Origin: Capsulimonadales bacterium
GTDB taxonomy: Bacteria > Armatimonadota > Armatimonadia > Armatimonadales > Armatimonadaceae
Assembly (NCBI GenBank): GCA_033762295.1
Contig: JANRLW010000078.1
Coordinates: 1-64,000, forward strand
DNA: 64,000 nucleotides
Reading direction: 5' to 3'
The number at the start of each line of letters is the position of its first letter. Position 1 is the first letter of the stretch. A program made the translations under genes and the position numbers. Positions 58,865-64,000 of the stretch are shown piece by piece. The notes beneath the pieces were generated by a model. The model was given only the letters and a program-made list of their open reading frames with translations, had not been told where the DNA came from and made no database searches.

Positions 58865-59932
58865 TCAACGCCAGCGGGCGACCTGGAAGATGCGTTCGAC
58901 CAGAGCGACGGCGGGCAGGGAGGTCGCCGCATCGTACAGTTCCCGTCCTTCCCCGGCTCTCTCGGTTCCGCGCAGGGCGGCGACAAACCCGGCGTCGGGC
59001 AGGATCGTTCGATAGCGGGCCGGGTCGCCCTCCTCGGTCGGCCCACCCTCCGGTCGGATGTACAGGTCGTGCGGCACATCCTCCCGCAGGAACCATCCGG
59101 CCGTCCCGTTCTGCCCGAAAAGCTGGATGCGTTCGACCTTCTCCGTGGCATCGCCCAGCAGGTTCAGATCCGCCCGCGTGCCGTTGGAGAACGCCAGGTG
59201 GATCGAGCCGCGCACATCGACCTGCGCCGCGCCGGGTCGTTCCAGAATCGCCTCCGCCTCGGTCACCGAGGAGGGAACGAGGCGCACCAGAAGGTCGATC
59301 ATCGACGCGCCCGCGTCCAGCAGGAAGCCTCCCCCCTCTTCCTGATGCACCCGCCAGGTCCGTCGATGCTGCTGCCACCACGGCTGCGCGCGCGTAATGA
59401 TGACCCGATCGAGCGGACCGATCCGCTCGGCGGCATGAAGGAGAAATCGCGCGTGCCCGCGACTCCGGCGGGTATAGGCGACGAACAGAACCAGGCCCCG
59501 GCGCTGCGCCTCCTCGACCAGTTCCGATCCGACCGCGTGTTCGGTGACAAACGGTTTCTCGCACAGAACGTGCGCTCCCGCCTCCAGAGCGTGCCGTACC
59601 TGTTCGGCATGTCGGGAGTGCGGCGTGCAGAGGAGAACGGCGTCGACGCCTTCCGCCATCAACATGTCCTGCTCCGAACGAAACAGGCGCGGACGAGGGC
59701 GGATACGTGCGGCCATTTCGGCAAGCGCGTTGGCATCCGGATCGCAGACGGCCGCGATTTCCACCTCTTCCCGCTCGAGACGCTCCCGATGCAGGTCGCC
59801 GACCAGTCCGCAGCCGACGATACCGATCCGCGGACGGGCCAGCGGACGAAACGCAGGACGCTCCGGCGAGGGCAGCGGGACCGCGGTCCCTTCCGGTACG
59901 ATCGTGGAGGCGGTGGAAGACGTCTCGTTCAT
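58865..59932 (-). CDS. Gfo/Idh/MocA oxidoreductase
   Basis: IGIVGCG, HVLCEKP, GGGFLLDAG. Confidence 0.92.
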   Translation of the reverse strand: MNETSSTASTIVPEGTAVPLPSPERPAFRPLARPRIGIVGCGLVGDLHRERLEREEVEIAAVCDPDANALAEMAARIRPRPRLFRSEQDMLMAEGVDAVLLCTPHSRHAEQVRHALEAGAHVLCEKPFVTEHAVGSELVEEAQRRGLVLFVAYTRRSRGHARFLLHAAERIGPLDRVIITRAQPWWQQHRRTWRVHQEEGGGFLLDAGASMIDLLVRLVPSSVTEAEAILERPGAAQVDVRGSIHLAFSNGTRADLNLLGDATEKVERIQLFGQNGTAGWFLREDVPHDLYIRPEGGPTEEGDPARYRTILPDAGFVAALRGTERAGEGRELYDAATSLPAVALVERIFQVARWR

Positions 59933-60081
59933 AAATTGGCGTCCGTGTCGGCGAATCTCGGAAGAGGGACAACCGCCGGAAACGACCTTCCGTACAGCGC
60001 GACCTCAGGGCTACATTATACGGGCCAACAGGGATGTCCTGCAATCGCCCGTGCCGCACGCCCGACCGGCCTTTCCCGTAG

Positions 60082-60110
60082 TTGCTGTTTGTTGCCGTTA
60101 ATGTTACAAT
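60082..60110 (+). promoter_or_regulatory. Sigma70-type promoter upstream of the pdxT leader
   Basis: TTGCTG-17 nt-TACAAT with TG extension. Confidence 0.7.
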
Positions 60111-60268
60111 CAGCGCAGGGAAAACGCGGCGTCCGGCGGCGTTTCCCGAATCTTCCCTTACGTCTCCGTCGCTCGATGCGGACGACCCGGCGTATCCCCG
60201 CTCCCGGCAGGAGTGTTGCGGGACGCCGGGTTTGTTTTGCCCGGAGCGGCGGCAGGAACCCTGCGCCG

Positions 60269-60949
60269 ATGATCAACGAAAAACCGAAAACTCTTCCGGG
60301 TGACCGCTCTCTCATTAAGGGAGACCCACCCGCGCCGGTTATCGGCGTACTGGCTCTGCAGGGGGATTTTGACGCGCACCTCGCGGCGACCCGCGAGGCC
60401 GGCGGCGACCCGCGCCCGGTACGGACACCCGCGCAAATCCGGCAGATCGATGCCCTGATCCTGCCGGGCGGCGAGTCGACGACCATCGGCAAACTGATGG
60501 CGCGGTACGGACTCGATACCGCCATCCGGGAGGCGCACGCCGACGGAATGCCGATCTTCGGCACCTGCGCCGGGATGATCCTCCTGGCGCGACACATCGC
60601 CCGGGGAGAGATGCGGGGCGGACAGAACACTCTGGGCCTGATGGATATTGCGGTCGAGCGCAACGCCTTCGGACGACAGGTCGATTCGTTCGAAGCCGAT
60701 ATCGACGCGCCGGACATCGCGCCGGAACGTCCGTTGCGCGGCGTCTTTATTCGCGCGCCGATCGTCACCGAAATCGGTCCGGACGTCGAACCCCTCGCGA
60801 CGATCGACGGACGAACCGTGCTGGTCCGGCAGAGAAATCTGCTCGCGGCCGCCTTTCATCCGGAACTGACCGGGGACCACCGGGTGCATCGCTTCTTTTT
60901 ATCGATGGTCGCGTCCCCGGAACCAAATCGAGGAGCAAGCAGTCCATAA
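60269..60949 (+). CDS. pdxT: PLP synthase glutaminase subunit
   Basis: GVLALQG, LPGGESTT, GTCAGMI, RNAFGRQVDSFE, FIRAP, FHPEL. Confidence 0.95.
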   Translation: MINEKPKTLPGDRSLIKGDPPAPVIGVLALQGDFDAHLAATREAGGDPRPVRTPAQIRQIDALILPGGESTTIGKLMARYGLDTAIREAHADGMPIFGTCAGMILLARHIARGEMRGGQNTLGLMDIAVERNAFGRQVDSFEADIDAPDIAPERPLRGVFIRAPIVTEIGPDVEPLATIDGRTVLVRQRNLLAAAFHPELTGDHRVHRFFLSMVASPEPNRGASSP

Positions 60950-61012
60950 GGCATACGCGCAGAACTGTTTCGGGTATTTATCGCAATAATGGTGGTCTAT
61001 GGTGTCATTTAA

Positions 61013-62290
61013 GTGCTGAAACGTCTGCTACTTATGGGAGTCATTGCGCTGGCTCTGGGAGCGTCGGCTCGCTACTTTACCGCGCCGACACCCGCCGTGG
61101 CCGTCGTCAGTCCCGACCGGAATACGCCGACGCTTACCCCGACCGGTAACGGACACCTGCGCTTCGAACCGATCTGGCAGCTGTCCGCGCCCGCTCTGGT
61201 CGATCTGGCGATCGCCCCCAACGGCGAAAGCGTCGCCTGGGTCGACCGGCACGGATCGATCCGTCGCATCGATACGGAAACCCGACGCACCGTCTGGGAA
61301 ACGCCGCCCTACCCCCGGCTGGACTCCCTGCGCCTGTCGACCCACGGCGATGTCCTTGCCTTCTCACGCCTGAATCCGACCCAGACCAGCGTCCGCTTCC
61401 TCGACGCCGCCCGCGGCCCCTTGAAAACCGCGTTGATCCCCGTTCAGGGAGCGGTCTGGAGTGCGGCCATTACCCCGGATGGCCGACAGGCCGTCATCGG
61501 CACCGGAAATTCGCTGCTCTACTTCCTGCCGATGCGGCACAACGCCATCTTCGCCGGAACCCCGATCACCGTACCGGGCATTCCCGAAAGCATCACCGCC
61601 ACCACGTTAAAGGTGCCGCAGCCCGCGCCGAAAGGCGGGACGGCGGAGGAAACGGTCGCCCTCGTCGGCACCTGGGAGGACGGTTCGGTCTGCGCCTGGG
61701 GGAGCGATCGGCTGCCGCGCTGGATTCACGAGGAACGACGTCCCGACGCGTCCTATCAGGTGACCGTCAGTCAGGACGGCTCGACCGCCGCCGCGGTCGC
61801 CTATTTCGGCCCGCACCGGGAATCGGCCCGGCTCCATGTCTGGGACATGACCACCGGAAAACTCCGGTTTATCGAAGACCTGAAGGGGTTCGCGCCGCAG
61901 GTCGCGGTCAGCGCCAACGGGCAGCAGATCGCCGTCACCTACGCCCGCGCCAAGGCGGGGACCGGCGAACGTCCGCCGGACGCCGACCGGGACGTCGAGC
62001 GCAAGATCACCCTGTTCGACCGGGCCGGAAGACGGCTTTTCGAAGAGAAAGGCGGCATCTTTTTCGCGCCGGAACTGATCGGAATCTCCGCCGACGGTCG
62101 CCGTCTGACCGTTCGCGATCCGCACGGAACGATCTGGACGCTGGACCATCGCGGACGGACCATCGCCCGCCTTACCTCCGCCGGTAAATCACGGCAGCTT
62201 CTTCGCGCCCTCACCACCGAGGATGGCCGCTACCTTCTCCTGTATCATAGCGATAACACGCTTTCCCTGTACCGCGCGGTCGCGTCCTGA
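61013..62290 (+). CDS. Secreted beta-propeller (WD40-like) protein
   Basis: Signal peptide; repeated blades (IAPNG, ITPDG, VSQDG, VSANG, ISADG). Confidence 0.8.
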   Translation: MLKRLLLMGVIALALGASARYFTAPTPAVAVVSPDRNTPTLTPTGNGHLRFEPIWQLSAPALVDLAIAPNGESVAWVDRHGSIRRIDTETRRTVWETPPYPRLDSLRLSTHGDVLAFSRLNPTQTSVRFLDAARGPLKTALIPVQGAVWSAAITPDGRQAVIGTGNSLLYFLPMRHNAIFAGTPITVPGIPESITATTLKVPQPAPKGGTAEETVALVGTWEDGSVCAWGSDRLPRWIHEERRPDASYQVTVSQDGSTAAAVAYFGPHRESARLHVWDMTTGKLRFIEDLKGFAPQVAVSANGQQIAVTYARAKAGTGERPPDADRDVERKITLFDRAGRRLFEEKGGIFFAPELIGISADGRRLTVRDPHGTIWTLDHRGRTIARLTSAGKSRQLLRALTTEDGRYLLLYHSDNTLSLYRAVAS

Positions 62291-62328
62291 CCCCTGTCGG
62301 AATTCGTAACGGAGCCTGTCTCATCGCC

Positions 62329-63483
62329 ATGGATCGTATCGAGGAACCCCTGTCCGCCGAGAGTTTTCTGTCCCTGCCGGAAAGTGGTCCGGCGGGCGAG
62401 GCCGCTTTCGACTCGCTGGCCCGCCAGGTGTTTGCCCACCAGTACCGGCGGATCGAACCGTACCGCCGCTTCTGCGAGGGACGGGGCGTCACGCCGGAGA
62501 CCCTGATTACCTGGCGTGATATCCCCCCCGCCCCGGCCGCCGCCTTCAAACAGTTCGCTCTCAGCGCGACGCCGATCACGGACTGCGTTCCCGAAAAAGG
62601 CGGGCGGACTTTCCACTCATCCGGCACGACCGGTTCCGAAACCAGCCGGCACTTTCTGGATCGGAACGCGCTCGATGTCTACCGTTTCTCGCTTCGTTAC
62701 GGATTCCGCCGTTTCGTCCTGCCGGACGGGGCGCGTCTGCCCGTCTTTGCCCTGATGCCGCCGCCCGCGCCCTCCCCGGACACCGATATTTCTCCGAAGA
62801 ACCCTGCCGCGCCTCACTCCTCGCTTTCCTTCATGCTCGGAGAATTGATCGACGACCACGGCGGCGGTTTCTTCGCCCGAACGGGCTGGCAGAACGAACT
62901 GGCGGCGGCGCTCCGCCATCGAACCGAACCACTGGTTCTGTTCGGAACCGCCTTCGCCTTCGTCCACTTTTTCGACGCGATTTCGGAGCGGTTCGCCCTC
63001 CCGGACGGAAGCCGGATCGTGGAGACCGGCGGGTTCAAGGGCCGCTCCCGTGAAATATCCCGTGACGAACTCTACGGTCTGTTCGGGGAACGGTTCGGGG
63101 TTCCGCCGCACTACCGCCTCTCGGAATACGGGATGAGCGAAATGGCATCCCAGTACTACGATTCGACGCTGCGGGACTACCGGGACGGACTCTCGCGGCC
63201 GGTCCGCAAACAGGGAGCCTTCTGGCTGCGTACCCGGTTGATCGATCCGGTGACCGGAACGGATGCGCCGCCCGGCGCGGACGGACTGCTCGCCCACTAC
63301 GATCCCGGCAACCTGAACTCGGTGATGGCGATTCTTACCGAGGACCTGGGACGATGGGCCGAAGACGGCGACGGCTTCCATCTTCTGGGCAGAGCGCCCG
63401 GCGCGGTCCTTCGAGGATGCTCCCTGACCGCCGAGGAATGGGAAAGCCGACGCGGATCCGACGGGATCACACGGCGGCCTTGA
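62329..63483 (+). CDS. LuxE-family acyl-protein synthetase / acyl-CoA ligase-like
   Basis: FHSSGTTG, ETGGFKGR, EYGMSEM, TEDLG, LGR...RGCS. Confidence 0.88.
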   Translation: MDRIEEPLSAESFLSLPESGPAGEAAFDSLARQVFAHQYRRIEPYRRFCEGRGVTPETLITWRDIPPAPAAAFKQFALSATPITDCVPEKGGRTFHSSGTTGSETSRHFLDRNALDVYRFSLRYGFRRFVLPDGARLPVFALMPPPAPSPDTDISPKNPAAPHSSLSFMLGELIDDHGGGFFARTGWQNELAAALRHRTEPLVLFGTAFAFVHFFDAISERFALPDGSRIVETGGFKGRSREISRDELYGLFGERFGVPPHYRLSEYGMSEMASQYYDSTLRDYRDGLSRPVRKQGAFWLRTRLIDPVTGTDAPPGADGLLAHYDPGNLNSVMAILTEDLGRWAEDGDGFHLLGRAPGAVLRGCSLTAEEWESRRGSDGITRRP

Positions 63484-64000
63484 CGCCCGAACGAGCGACT
63501 ATCTCCTCCGCTTCGCGCAAAATATCGGTCGGGTCCTCAATCGCGGTGGCCGCCTGACGCAGCCGTCGCATCTCGTCGGTCGTCGAACGGCCCAGACGGA
63601 TCAGCAGCCGCAGCCTTTTCAGCCGACAGAGACACTCGAGATAGGGAGCGCCCAGAACGGACTGCAGCAGTTCCAGGCCACGGACCGCGAGAGCCTCCCC
63701 CGGTTGACCGCAGTACTCCCGGTACGTCGCCAGCGCATCGAAATAACCGCTATCCGGCACCTGACCCGATCGCTGGGCCAGAGCTTCGGCCAGTCGGCAA
63801 CGTCTGGCCGCTTCCTCCGATCGTCCGCACTCCTCCAGGGCCAGCGCCTCCCACATCAGCAGTTCGATATTCGAGGACGTATTCCCCATCCGACCGACGA
63901 AAAGCTTCCCCGCACCGGACCAGTGCCGCAGGCTCTCGAAATCGTTTCGGACAAAGGCGATCCGACAGAGACGCGCGTAAAACTGAGAGACGAAAAACGG
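63467..64000 (-). CDS. Helical-repeat (TPR-like) hypothetical protein, 5' truncated by the window end
   Basis: Frame stays open from 63889 to 64000 (PFFVSQFYARLCRIAF...). Confidence 0.65.
   Translation of the reverse strand, partial: PFFVSQFYARLCRIAFVRNDFESLRHWSGAGKLFVGRMGNTSSNIELLMWEALALEECGRSEEAARRCRLAEALAQRSGQVPDSGYFDALATYREYCGQPGEALAVRGLELLQSVLGAPYLECLCRLKRLRLLIRLGRSTTDEMRRLRQAATAIEDPTDILREAEEIVARSGVKAAV

Noticed and set aside
59069..60268. 626-aa fusion to PdxT
   Set aside because: The first 400 codons are antisense to the Gfo/Idh/MocA gene and cross the promoter; PdxT starts near 60269.
62329..63483. Bioluminescence operon
   Set aside because: No luxA/B/C/D in the window.

Overview
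GC-rich (visually ~60-65%) bacterial chromosomal window; gene content and style suggest Armatimonadota (inference, not verified). No rRNA, tRNA, CRISPR array, integrase or transposase was recognised. Main content: (1) tandem c-di-GMP-I riboswitches upstream of two paralogous secreted S8 peptidases with C-terminal (V/A/S)IWG repeats, divergent from a truncated multi-TM gene that looks like a sensor; (2) an SAH riboswitch whose pseudoknot strand overlaps a terminator upstream of ahcY; (3) an uncharacterised minus-strand operon (giant degenerate-M28/FtsX permease, OPT-like transporter, hypothetical, PqqD/RRE-like protein, small FtsX permease, ABC ATPase, intact M28 peptidase) next to a LacI regulator and a PhyH dioxygenase with a clear promoter and operator; (4) a relic copy of the GH36-like gene's last 11 codons, differing only at synonymous sites, that brackets msrA and a TIGR02452 PARG-like gene; (5) an osmotic/ion-stress cluster with two ArsR regulators and a candidate anti-SD sRNA; (6) a low-GC DUF3883 nuclease-like gene; (7) two frameshifted genes and several orphan pathway genes (ATP-grasp, phnM, pdxT, luxE). 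All family calls come from motif recognition by eye, not database searches.
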